A DNA stretch of 59,719 bases, from positions 1 to 59,719 of the IMG/VR virus record IMGVR_UViG_3300025000_000111; one strand, written 5' to 3'. This document shows positions 1-9,569 of the stretch, in pieces. The notes under the pieces were generated by a model, which was not told the origin of the DNA, did not search any database, and saw only the letters and a program-made list of their open reading frames with translations. This DNA is from a virus (taxonomy: Duplodnaviria > Caudoviricetes). Each line of letters opens with the position of its first letter. The stretch's first letter is position 1. Made by a program: the position numbers and the translations under genes.

Positions 1-146
1 CAAATACTTATACCAACCCCCCCAGCCTGTGACATAACATAACCATCTGGTTGTGATAATATAACATACTCTAACGAGTCGTATATAAACTTGACATTAT
101 CATACTTTTTCATTGCGTTCGACTATTGCTTGTTTAAGATACTGAC
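1..146. repeat. Terminal direct repeat / circular-assembly overlap (copy 1; copy 2 at 59574-59719)
   Basis: 1-146 matches 59574-59719 except position 20 (C vs A); the minus-strand ORF at 59504-59686 and the end of ORF 100-501 lie within the repeat. Confidence 0.95.
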
Positions 147-501
147 ATAAATCCATTGCTTCCTCATAAGCATCTTGTAAGGCATCCCTGCCGTTATTAG
201 CATAAAGGTATGTGCCATATTTAGTTCTGCCAAATTCTTTCCTGACATTCATGTCTTCAATGACTAAATCGGTTATGGACTTGGTTGGGTTGATTTCTTC
301 GGGAGTAGCTTTTCTTTTAATAGTTGACCAAACATTATAATCATATTTAGAAATATAAACTCTATATGGATATTTGTAGTCTAAATCAATTTCAGTAATA
401 TGCCCAATAGAGCCATTATAACTACTTCCATCTTCTTGTCGTATATTTCCGTCTTCAACGACAACCAGATCACCTAATTGTAACTCTTTGTGGTCTTTCA
501 T
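100..501 (-). CDS. Phage protein with C-terminal all-alpha NTP-pyrophosphatase-like (MazG-like) domain
   Basis: C-terminal RKEFGRTKYGT...DALQDAYEEAMDLCQYLKQAI resembles phage all-alpha NTPase-like proteins. Confidence 0.45.
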   Translation of the reverse strand: MKDHKELQLGDLVVVEDGNIRQEDGSSYNGSIGHITEIDLDYKYPYRVYISKYDYNVWSTIKRKATPEEINPTKSITDLVIEDMNVRKEFGRTKYGTYLYANNGRDALQDAYEEAMDLCQYLKQAIVERNEKV

Positions 502-779
502 ATCTTAAATAAATGTTTTTTAGTGGGTTTTTCTTTATTAGGTAGGCTAATCTTGCCTCCTTTAAACGACTTGAAGGAAGCTAAGTATGTCTGCTTAACC
601 ATTATATAGCCACCAAGTAAAATAATGTATGGTAACTTAATGATAAACCAAATTACACTTGGCACTAACCGAGGATGAAAATGAATATAGTATTCCGTCT
701 TTGCCGGACTGATACTGGCTACCTTCTGGAAAGTAACATCGAACAGTAATGCGTAAAAAATGGTTCTTAGTTTTTTCAT
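498..779 (-). CDS. Hypothetical membrane protein
   Basis: ORF coupled to its neighbours; hydrophobic stretch VIWFIIKLPYIILLGGYIMV. Confidence 0.55.
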   Translation of the reverse strand: MKKLRTIFYALLFDVTFQKVASISPAKTEYYIHFHPRLVPSVIWFIIKLPYIILLGGYIMVKQTYLASFKSFKGGKISLPNKEKPTKKHLFKI

Positions 780-1261
780 TAGTCTTTAATTCTTAATAGT
801 TTAATATCAATTCCAAGCGCTTTAGCAACATCTTCCATAGTGACTTCAACAGGTTGTTCTACCTCTTTAGCAAAACGGTAACATACGTGTGATATTTTAC
901 CATCTTCAAAGCCATCATCCACAACATACGGTTCGATAAAGTCATCACCAAGGTAAGCCAGTACAGTTTTTTTCATCCAATACTCATACTCACGGTCTCT
1001 TACCATCATAACCTTGGGGTACTCTGATTTCTTGGGATATTTAGTAAAGAACATATCAAAGTTTTTACTTTCAATTACTTTATTCCAAAAATAAACTCCA
1101 TCATTTGTTTTGTACCAAACGAATCCTTTGTTACTATTTCCTGATGTTTTATTTCTTTCAAACACGGTAATATCTCTTGGATAACCTTGTTTTACTTGTT
1201 CATTCAGCATAGCTTCAACCACTTCTTGTGGGAAACCTTCTAATTGTCCTTTGTAATTCAT
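779..1261 (-). CDS. Hypothetical phage protein with FxWxx[ST]x[DE]xxxFW motif (start corrected to ATG at 1261)
   Basis: MNYKGQLEGFPQEVVEAML... follows an AT-rich leader; the longer ORF-track start runs through the structured RNA. Confidence 0.7.
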   Translation of the reverse strand: MNYKGQLEGFPQEVVEAMLNEQVKQGYPRDITVFERNKTSGNSNKGFVWYKTNDGVYFWNKVIESKNFDMFFTKYPKKSEYPKVMMVRDREYEYWMKKTVLAYLGDDFIEPYVVDDGFEDGKISHVCYRFAKEVEQPVEVTMEDVAKALGIDIKLLRIKD

Positions 1262-1297
1262 ATTAAATAGTTTTAGTACAACAAAATAAAATAGTAA

Positions 1298-1556
1298 AAA
1301 TCTTCTGACCGTATGCCTACGGAATAACAACTTAGTTAGCCCACCGTATTCACGGTACTTCTCTATGTTCCTGTTATCTATCCACAAACAACGACCCTTG
1401 CAAGGGGTCTTATACAATCGTGATATAACACCCTCACTGGGTCATATTAGCAATCTTTCGGATTGCATCCTCTTTCACGCTATATACTCGATACATACTT
1501 GTAACCAGAGAACTACCTTAGTTCCCATGTATTTGTTTGCTTCAATCAGAAGATTT
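1298..1556 (-). ncRNA. Putative large structured non-coding RNA (~260 nt)
   Basis: 11-bp closing stem (1546-1556/1298-1308), about 10 nested helices, GAAA/GCAA/GUGA tetraloop-like loops on the minus strand, promoter directly upstream at 1572-1602. Confidence 0.75.
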
Positions 1557-1571
1557 CAAAGAACTATGATG

Positions 1572-1602
1572 CAAATATACAACATTAAAATGCGTTTGTC
1601 AA
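1572..1602 (-). promoter_or_regulatory. Class I (host-sigma/early) promoter TTGACA-N17-TATATTTG
   Basis: Matches the Bacteroidota TTG/-33 and TAnnTTTG/-7 consensus; same motif recurs about 16 times. Confidence 0.85.
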
Positions 1603-1610
1603 GTAAAAAG

Positions 1611-2090
1611 TTAATTAAATTCGTTTAAACAGGCAAATTCTCCAAAGTATTTAATGGCGGCGGTGTTGTAGGCAATGGCAGCTTCGGTTTCAGAAGTAAA
1701 GCAACCTAAATCAATAAGTTTTTTAGAAACTCTTATGGAACTTCTCCATTTTTTACTACCATTTCTTAAATGAACGCCCTTATATTTACTTGTTCCGTTT
1801 TTACTTCGTTTATTTTGTTGATTTTCTGACTGTGTGCAAGTACGTAAGTTTCCTCTCGTATTATCTAATCCGTCATGGTTAATATGGTCTACTTGTGTAC
1901 CAATATTCACACCAGTAATCAGCCTATGCATTCTTAATGTAGTTCTTTTTCCATTAACCGTTTTACTATGTGCAATGGCATAATAACAATAACATACTTT
2001 TTGAACATACCATTTATAACGACTAACAAGTTCATAATCATCGTCATCTATTAAAGCAGTAAATCCTTTGTTTAATTCAATTGTTTTCAT
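1611..2090 (-). CDS. HNH homing endonuclease with AP2 DNA-binding domain (start corrected to 2090)
   Basis: MHRLI..VDHINHDGLDNTRGNLR (HNH) and SKYKGV..W...I...LG.F..E.EAA.AYN (AP2). Confidence 0.9.
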   Translation of the reverse strand: MKTIELNKGFTALIDDDDYELVSRYKWYVQKVCYCYYAIAHSKTVNGKRTTLRMHRLITGVNIGTQVDHINHDGLDNTRGNLRTCTQSENQQNKRSKNGTSKYKGVHLRNGSKKWRSSIRVSKKLIDLGCFTSETEAAIAYNTAAIKYFGEFACLNEFN

Positions 2091-2209
2091 AATAAAAAGT
2101 GCTGCTACCAAAAGGTAAAGGCTGTCCGATTTGTCCGATATGGACTTTGGCAATACCTAATGGTGGCAGACTTATTTTATTTTTTAGTTAATATTATCAA
2201 ACAGCAAAA
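2091..2209 (-). ncRNA. Structured 5' leader (pseudoknot) of HNH-AP2 gene, copy 1
   Basis: Stem CTGCCACCA/TGGTAGCAG; core TTGCCAAAG...AATCGGA; 5' GCTGTTTGAT complementary to ATCGGACAGC; covaries with 41481-41589. Confidence 0.65.
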
Positions 2210-2244
2210 CAAAAATACTATATACTGATGCTTATTAAAATAAT
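2210..2244 (-). promoter_or_regulatory. Class II (putative late) promoter ATTATTTT-N19-TATTTTTG
   Basis: Exact match to the motif found upstream of structural genes. Confidence 0.7.
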
Positions 2245-2253
2245 GGATAATAA

Positions 2254-2976
2254 TTATAAATCCATATATTCAAGAATAGGAAGCCTTCCGTTTTCTAATA
2301 CCACACCACAGTTAATGTGCATTTTCTTGAAGTTTTTACCGTATGCACTTGCGTATGATTTATCGTGAAGTCCAGTACCTACCTGTAAAGCAAATAATAG
2401 ATCATTCCTTCCAACAGAGTAATCTATGTAACTATCTGAGTGCCAGTGTCCTTGTACTACTGATGTCATATCGTTTATCATTCTTGAACTTGCTTTTCTT
2501 CCTGTCCCGTGCGTGTAAAGTACATCGTCAATAACAAATTCTTCTGAGTATTCCCAGTTAGGAGTATCAAGAACTTCACTTATAGACTTAACCCAAGATT
2601 TACTGAGTCCTGCATTAAAAGCCTTACGCACTGGTATTAAATCATGGTTTCCGATACACACTTTAGCAACAGGGAATGATTTATACCACAAAGCGATCTG
2701 CTCTTTAGCCAATCTTAACTCTTCTCCGGCAGAATGTCCATCAGGATCGGTATCATAAAAACTGCTGAAATGCGAATCAATCAGGTCTCCAATTAGCACT
2801 GTATGAGTGCATTGGTATTTATTGTATATAGACTTACAGAAGTCAAGATACTCAGGTCTCGTAAAAGGAGTGTGTAAATCCACGACAACCAGTATATTAC
2901 GATTGCTTTGTTTGCGTATAGACTTGATGTATTCATATTCTTCTGCTGTCAACCTTGGTCGAAATTGAATATTCAT
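2254..2976 (-). CDS. Calcineurin-like metallophosphoesterase
   Basis: DLH, GDLID, GNHD, THG and GHWH motifs. Confidence 0.85.
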   Translation of the reverse strand: MNIQFRPRLTAEEYEYIKSIRKQSNRNILVVVDLHTPFTRPEYLDFCKSIYNKYQCTHTVLIGDLIDSHFSSFYDTDPDGHSAGEELRLAKEQIALWYKSFPVAKVCIGNHDLIPVRKAFNAGLSKSWVKSISEVLDTPNWEYSEEFVIDDVLYTHGTGRKASSRMINDMTSVVQGHWHSDSYIDYSVGRNDLLFALQVGTGLHDKSYASAYGKNFKKMHINCGVVLENGRLPILEYMDL

Positions 2977-2999
2977 TTACTTGTTTTTAGTTAATAATT

Positions 3000-3377
3000 T
3001 TAATACTGTTTAGTGAATCTCTGCGCCAACCAATTATTGAGCGTCATATATAGGCTTTTCTTTCCTTTAGTGTACTTAGCGTCATTCTCCATCGTAATCA
3101 ATATATCAGAAAACTTCTTACCTGTCTTGTTAGATATTTCAACCAACTTCTCGAATTGACTGAATGATAATTGGTATTCAAGGCTTAAGACCGAATCGAA
3201 TGGATGACCAAATATGTTATTCCCGAACAGGAAGTCTACAAGCTGCTGATAGTAACTATGCAACGGCTTTCCTTCATTACCAACTAATTCATCCTGATAA
3301 AACTTCCTCGCATCCCTCTTTTCGTACAAGGTTACGATCTTTTTAGCAGCTTTGTAGTCCTGTTCAGAAATAACCAT
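3000..3377 (-). CDS. Hypothetical phage protein (possible replication accessory factor)
   Basis: ORF in early operon; C-terminal KSLYMTLNNWL. Confidence 0.55.
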   Translation of the reverse strand: MVISEQDYKAAKKIVTLYEKRDARKFYQDELVGNEGKPLHSYYQQLVDFLFGNNIFGHPFDSVLSLEYQLSFSQFEKLVEISNKTGKKFSDILITMENDAKYTKGKKSLYMTLNNWLAQRFTKQY

Positions 3378-3781
3378 AACTAATCCTGCTTTGCCATGTA
3401 CTCAGCCAACTTCACAAACTCATCGTAATTGATATTGATTAAGTCATAACTACCATTCTGATTATCCTGATGAAGCCACATAACCGTGTCAGTAAATGTA
3501 CAAGTAGTGGTCTCGTTAATTCTGAATGTTTCTTCGATTATAGGTGTATCCATTTTTTAAATGTTTCTGTATTCATTTCAACAACGTAACTTTCACTTGT
3601 CGGGGCATACCTGTTTTTCAATATTATCAGGTTTTCAGCTATCTCAGCCATTATGGGATAATCCTTTGAATTGTCATGCAACCATTGTATCTGGTGCTTA
3701 ATAGTGGTTTTCATAAAATATAGTCCACCCCGTTATACCCTCAGCCCCCAACCGGCACGATAGTATGGACTTTATTAGTTA

Positions 3782-4387
3782 TTAAAATGGAAGGTCATCA
3801 GACGGTGCATCGTTTGTAGCATCTGTTTCTATTGGTTTATCTTTCATCTCTTCAGATTCCATTATTTCGGTCTTTATGAAGTCCGGTAATGTATCGAAGA
3901 TTTCCTTATTAAAGCTGCTGACACTAAAAAGCAATGTATCATTGTATAGTCCGTCAACCACGTAACCTTTAGGGATAGAGCCAATTGCACTGATGTTGGC
4001 ATACACATTGTCATCTACCTTGTTATGAATGATCTGTAACATGCAGGGTGTGTTGATAAGTTTACTGACATCAAAGCCTTTTAACTCTTCATCTGTGAAT
4101 GTTTTACCTCTGTATGATTCAAGGTCTTTCCTGAGTGTAGCCTTTTCTCCGAGAGATAGGTTATATTTCTTATTAACCACGAATGGTTTCTCCGGTTCGC
4201 CATCTTTGAATACGGCTTTCTCTGTTACTAACTCCCATGATACCCTCAGGATGTCTTTCATTTTACCATACTTTTGGTCGAAGTGGTGTCCGGTGTGAAT
4301 TACCTGAAAACATCTGGCTGGAAAGTTACCTGATGGTGGGAGAAGTCTTGTTGATCCTCCGCCCGTTGCTGATGCGATGATTTTCAT
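3782..4387 (-). CDS. Phage single-stranded DNA-binding protein
   Basis: YNLSLGEKATLRKDLESYRG core and acidic C-terminal DDLPF tail. Confidence 0.7.
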   Translation of the reverse strand: MKIIASATGGGSTRLLPPSGNFPARCFQVIHTGHHFDQKYGKMKDILRVSWELVTEKAVFKDGEPEKPFVVNKKYNLSLGEKATLRKDLESYRGKTFTDEELKGFDVSKLINTPCMLQIIHNKVDDNVYANISAIGSIPKGYVVDGLYNDTLLFSVSSFNKEIFDTLPDFIKTEIMESEEMKDKPIETDATNDAPSDDLPF

Positions 4388-4418
4388 AATTAATTAATTA
4401 AATTAGTGTTAATGAATA

Positions 4419-4646
4419 TTACTCTGTTTCTGCTATTTTTTCCCAGAAATCCTGTTTTTCTGGAGAATTATACCAAGTAAAAGCTCTGGCTATAAATCTA
4501 AACCATGTTGTATCTTCCTCGTTTAACTTTTCCAGCATACGGGTATTGTCGTCATCATCATGATTAAGAATGTTATTAATGAATTGTTCCTTGACACCGA
4601 GTTTATTGAGTTTATCTTCAAACTCTTTTTTGAATGTAAATTCCAT
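4419..4646 (-). CDS. Small acidic protein, paralog of 4859-5083
   Basis: MEFTFKKEFEDKLNKLGVKEQFINNI...AFTWYNSPEKQDFWEKI. Confidence 0.75.
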   Translation of the reverse strand: MEFTFKKEFEDKLNKLGVKEQFINNILNHDDDDNTRMLEKLNEEDTTWFRFIARAFTWYNSPEKQDFWEKIAETE

Positions 4647-4649
4647 TGT

Positions 4650-4862
4650 TTATTCCTCCTCTTCTGTTAATGGCTGGTAAATATCCAGCAGTGATTCATT
4701 GATTTCGTTGATAATATCGTCATTATTTTCGATAAGTTCAACTATGTCTGTTTTCCCAACATAGATTCCCATAAGTGTAAACTCAATAGTATCCTGATCT
4801 TCTGATTCCTAGTACTGAACTTCCAGTTCAATGTTACGTATGATTACTGTGGCTGTTTTCAT
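4650..4862 (-). pseudogene. Acidic 70-codon ORF interrupted by an in-frame TAG at 4809-4811
   Basis: MKTATVIIRNIELEVQY*ESEDQDTIEFTLMGIYVGKTDIVELIENN...EEEE; fills the gap between the two paralogs, with an ATGA overlap upstream. Confidence 0.6.
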
Positions 4863-5083
4863 TGTTTTGATATGTTTTCCCAAAAATCAATTCCTTCTGT
4901 CGATTTACCCCAAATAAATGCTGCCATAATAAACTCTTCAAAGGTTTCTTTTTCATTTAGTTTATTAAACGATTCTACTGCCGTTTCTTCGCCTTCCTCT
5001 TGGACAATATTAGCAATAAACTGTTCCTTAACCCCAAGCTGATTCAGCTTATCTTCAAATTCCTGTTTAAATGTGTATTCCAT
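4859..5083 (-). CDS. Small acidic protein, paralog of 4419-4646
   Basis: MEYTFKQEFEDKLNQLGVKEQFIANI...AFIWGKSTEGIDFWENI. Confidence 0.75.
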   Translation of the reverse strand: MEYTFKQEFEDKLNQLGVKEQFIANIVQEEGEETAVESFNKLNEKETFEEFIMAAFIWGKSTEGIDFWENISKQ

Positions 5084-7492
5084 TAGTTTAATATTGTATA
5101 TTGATAAATTGAATTAAGTGTTTGGAAAGTGTTATCATCCAGTATTTTTGTTACCACACTTGTTGACCAGTAGTAATCTGGTGGATACCTTTCACTGGTA
5201 ATAGGCTTTGGGTATCTTGTTTCTACTTCAATCTCAAATCCTGATTCTATGTGATTTGGATGTTTAGTATTATCACAATCCTGTAACTTTCTGATTAATA
5301 CTTTCATAATAATTACTTTGTTAGATAGTGTTCAATTACTTTTCTTGTTCCTTCTTTGTCATATTCAACCTGAGCCACTCTCTTGTATTTTAGTAATGGG
5401 GTTACTGTTAAGTGGTAGTTCTTACCGTTACCAAATAGGCGTGCTTGGTTTAAGTATGCCCGTCTTGCCTTCCTGTTTGGGAACTCAGTTATTAATGCTT
5501 TACCGAAGTCGTTTATGCAACTTCCCGTTGAATCAAATTGTTTGACGTATGGTTTATTCATTTTGTTATTTCTTTTCTGTGATAATTATTAACTGCATCT
5601 GATGTAGCGAAATCCAGTAAAAAACTGGTCAAAACTGGTAATATTTCAGATAGGTCAAATCCGACATACCTTTCTTCAATAAACTTTACTGCTTCTTTTG
5701 TTAGTTCTTCCATTGTTTCTGTTTTAAATTGTTTTACAAATGTACAACATTAAAAAGCCTTTGTCAAGTAAAAAGTGAATTATTTTTTATCATTCATACG
5801 TCCCAGTAAAAACATAGCAATAGAGAACGCTACAAATAATATAACTATATTCTGTATCATTATTCAATGTTTTTCTGGAAGATACTTCTTTTCTTATTAC
5901 CTTTAACGGCAACCAGCTTATCTGTCAGTATAGTACCGTAGTAATGGCAGTATGGAAACGTGTACTTATCATACATAGTGTTTATCTCTTCAATTCTAAT
6001 ACTACCAAGCACATCTTTTATAATATCACCAACTTTATGCGGATTGTTCTCTGCAATATACTGGTCGGCTAATTCCTTTTCAGCAACAGATAGTGCCTTT
6101 AGTAGGGCTATCGTTCTTTCCCTGTATTCTTCTTTGGTCATAACTTCTCCTGCCACTTCTTATTCCCAAGGAACTTTTTGCATCCTAATGTTTTACCATC
6201 ATCCTCTTCGTAAAACGGAGGAGTTACAAAATAAGATTGCTGATATACAGATGGTTCTGATGTGAAGCGATAGCAGTATTCTTTTAACGGACATTCAAGT
6301 CCTTTACATAGGACTGTATTAGGCATTGGCTTCGTTTTTAATCCAGTAAGACAAACTAACTGTTTCCAGTCCTAACATTGCCAAATCCAATGTAGTCCAA
6401 TACCAAGCGTATAAGGTATCAAACGGTACTTCATTGTCAACCACGTATTTAACGGTTGTGAAGTCCAGATACATGTCGGCTGCCTCTATTCCGGCAAATA
6501 AGTCGTAGTCAAACATAAAACTTGGTTCTGTGTTCGTCTGCTTTGCAAACGCTGTCAGGTATTTAACAGCTAACCTGTCTGCTTTTTCCTGCAATGTACG
6601 CTTCTTTGGTTCTGGGCTTGTTAATTTCTTCCAGTCATTGAATTGGATTATAGGCAAACCAACTGCTTTACCATTAATGTCATCATTAATACGTGAAGAG
6701 TCTGAAAACTCAGAGTTTGTTACATATTTCCAATGATTGTAAAAAGTAGTTTCTTCATTATTAACATAACTACAAACTTCGTTTGTTTGTTCTTTGTTGT
6801 TACATTCAACAACGTAAAATTCTGGTAACTTTTTCATTATTTTTTTATATTAGGTGCGCAATTAAGATAAATCATTCCCCAGCCTTTCTCTATGTAAGAC
6901 TTTGAGTGTTTGGTTACATGTTTGATATAAGCTTTCGCTTCTGTAACCCATGTATCATGCTGTTCTTGGCTGACCGGATATAAGTTATACCAGTCTTTCA
7001 ATTCTTCTTCTGTATGCCTGATAACCAGTTCATTAACAGTAGTGTTGTGGTATTTCAGCCATAAGTTTATCAAGTCTTCTCGGCTAAGTGGTTTTTTCAT
7101 AACTTCTCTATTTTAGTGATGTATTTATCAACTATTGAAGTTGATATTGTGATGTGGAAGTATTCTCCCATTCTAAAACAGAAATGACATTCTTCATCCA
7201 CGCCAAAAAATGTGGTAATCTTATATTGGTTATCTGGACAATACCTTGCATAAAACGCTGCCGAATCATCATGTTCTGTTGGGTTGAACGAATAACTCTT
7301 TTGTATCCATTCAAACAGTTTATCAACTTCATCTTTGGTCATTTGATAGTAATACTTATTTACCACATCTTGAAAGAACATTGTTCTTGCTATTGGTCTG
7401 TGTGGGATACAGGCTTCCACAAGGAACGCAAACTCTGTGAAATCTATTTCAAACTTACTCATATCACTTATTTTTTTACAAATGTACAACAA
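5083..7492 (-). other. Cluster of small early hypothetical genes (5083-5307, 5313-5561, 5860-6156, 6138-6326, 6319-6837, 6837-7100, 7097-~7462)
   Basis: Tightly packed, translationally coupled minus-strand ORFs. Confidence 0.65.
5737..5767 (-). promoter_or_regulatory. Class I promoter TTGACA-N17-TACATTTG
   Basis: Consensus match. Confidence 0.85.
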
Positions 7493-7509
7493 TTATTTTC
7501 GTTTGTCAA
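7479..7509 (-). promoter_or_regulatory. Class I promoter TTGACA-N17-TACATTTG
   Basis: Consensus match. Confidence 0.85.
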
Positions 7510-7517
7510 GGAAAATA

Positions 7518-9326
7518 TTAAAAATCAAGACTTAATTTATTTAACCGTTCTCCTGTGTCACTCATAATCAATGAAATTGGGTCAAGTTTATACACTATAT
7601 CAATAACATTTCCGCTACCACGTTTGTTTACTGTCCTTATAAACCCTCTGTTTTGTTCGTACATAGTATCACCAAGACTGTTCTGCATCTGTATCTTACT
7701 AAATGATGAATAGAAATCTGCGTTATCTCGAATTTTTTCTGAGTCTCTTGCCATTCCTGATAAATCCCTTGTTGTTTCATCCTCCCCTCTTTTACTGTGA
7801 ACGATAACAAGAACGAATAAATTGTATTTTTTAGCCAACTCCTTTAATTCCTTACTATGTCTTTCTGCTCTTCGTGTGGAATCCTCAATTCCACCCATCA
7901 TCGAAAGACCGTCAACAACAAGCATATCAACAGAGCCTATTGTATTAGCAACATAGTCAACTACTTCCGAATAGGTTGAACTTTCCATAGATGAATCCTC
8001 GGTAACCAACAGTTTATCACCGTATAACTTAGCCACTTTTTCATCATATACTCTCTTGGCGTATCCAGTTTCTTCAATTTCCTTATCAATCAATACTTGC
8101 TCAGGGTTTTTATCGTATCCATTTCCTAAAGCCATATTAACAAACCTACCATTACAATCAGCGGCAGAACTTTCCATTGAACTATATACGACCCTAAGCC
8201 CTTTATCAACAACATTGTGGTATGCAAGATTCTGCCCATACATCGACTTCTTACTTCCGGCATATCCTATCATCACACCAACTTTACCTCTGAGTTTACC
8301 ACAAAACTCCTCATCAAGCCTTGGAAACAATAATGAAATCTTACTGTTTTCTGGAAGGATATTTTGATACCATTCCATGTTCCATTCGCCTATTGACTTA
8401 ACAGTAAACTTACTCTTCTTAACTTCTTCTTCCGTCTTCCCAGTAGTCTTGATAGCATGTTTGATAATAGTATCCACCTCATAATCAGGCAGTGGCGGTT
8501 TGTATTCCGAGTTAAGTAACCTTGCCAACTTATTAATAGTAGCGAAATCAAACTCTGACTTGTTTATCAGGATACAGACACTTTTAAAAAGTTGCTCATT
8601 CCTACTACCCTGCACTACTGGTTCAAACAGTTCACTGCTGTTAGTGGCTGATGCTATGATACCAGTCTTAGCTTCATAGAATGCTTTACGTAGCTTCTCC
8701 GATGGCATGATGGCTGACAGCATCTTAGGTCGCTTGAAGTCTGTTCGTGGGTTTAAAGCCAGTTTCTGTATCTCAAAGATATGTAAAGACAATTCAGCCA
8801 GTGATAGCGGTATCTTATACATATTACCTTTAGTGTTCAGGCTGTTCTCAACACGGATGACAGATGTGACAGTGTAAATCTTTGTATCTATACTGTCTAT
8901 ATCCAGTTTAGCTTTAACAGAATCTACAAAGTTACGCACAAGACTAATATTATTATCAGATAGTTCTATGCCTCCAAACAGTTTTTCTGGAAGATAAACA
9001 TGATAGCCTTTTTTTCCACTGAAATAGATTTCAAGGTCATTTGGGCTTATACCATAGTTTACAACTAAGCCATTTATTAATTCTATTGTATGTTTTTGAG
9101 CTATAAATAGATCGCTATTATCAATATCAAATATTAAATACGGAACAAACCTTGCGCCATTGTAGCCAGAAACACTTCCGGTACTCTTAACATATTCTGT
9201 AATACTATTTGTATAAGGAAAGACGGAAGTATATCTTTCAAAGTTAGACGGTTTATTAGACACGTCACTTAACTGTACAATCTTATTACGGTTGGTTAAT
9301 GAGCGTTCGATTAATTCTACAAGCAT
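7518..9326 (-). CDS. Primase-helicase fusion (AEP/PrimPol + PriCT + RecA/DnaB-like helicase)
   Basis: FDID and FSGKKGYH AEP motifs; GSRN..LF and PPL..EV PriCT motifs; GYAGSKKS Walker A-like; YSSME; VVDGL Walker B. Confidence 0.85.
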   Translation of the reverse strand: MLVELIERSLTNRNKIVQLSDVSNKPSNFERYTSVFPYTNSITEYVKSTGSVSGYNGARFVPYLIFDIDNSDLFIAQKHTIELINGLVVNYGISPNDLEIYFSGKKGYHVYLPEKLFGGIELSDNNISLVRNFVDSVKAKLDIDSIDTKIYTVTSVIRVENSLNTKGNMYKIPLSLAELSLHIFEIQKLALNPRTDFKRPKMLSAIMPSEKLRKAFYEAKTGIIASATNSSELFEPVVQGSRNEQLFKSVCILINKSEFDFATINKLARLLNSEYKPPLPDYEVDTIIKHAIKTTGKTEEEVKKSKFTVKSIGEWNMEWYQNILPENSKISLLFPRLDEEFCGKLRGKVGVMIGYAGSKKSMYGQNLAYHNVVDKGLRVVYSSMESSAADCNGRFVNMALGNGYDKNPEQVLIDKEIEETGYAKRVYDEKVAKLYGDKLLVTEDSSMESSTYSEVVDYVANTIGSVDMLVVDGLSMMGGIEDSTRRAERHSKELKELAKKYNLFVLVIVHSKRGEDETTRDLSGMARDSEKIRDNADFYSSFSKIQMQNSLGDTMYEQNRGFIRTVNKRGSGNVIDIVYKLDPISLIMSDTGERLNKLSLDF

Positions 9327-9344
9327 AGATTATTATTTAGGAAG

Positions 9345-9376
9345 CGAAAGTACAACAATAAAAAGTGGATTGTCAA
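9345..9376 (-). promoter_or_regulatory. Class I promoter (TTGACA-N18-TACTTTCG) of primase-helicase
   Basis: Near-consensus match. Confidence 0.7.
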
Positions 9377-9569
9377 GGGAAATTACAAAATTAATATTCT
9401 AATTCCACTTCATACCCAAGAAATGTTAATATCTGTTCAATCTGAATATAAATATCTTGGTTATGGAATGGCAGTTCATTACCGTTTACTCTGATAATAG
9501 TGCCATAATTTGTACAGCATCCATCACCACATTCATAACTGTAATCTTCAAAACTTATAACAACTTTTT

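Noticed and set aside
1..146. Biological terminal repeat
   Set aside because: The repeat cuts through coding sequence of a continuous operon; more likely an assembly overlap of a circular or permuted genome
1298..1556. Group I intron housing the neighbouring HNH gene
   Set aside because: The RNA has its own promoter, does not interrupt an ORF, and I could not identify P7/catalytic core motifs
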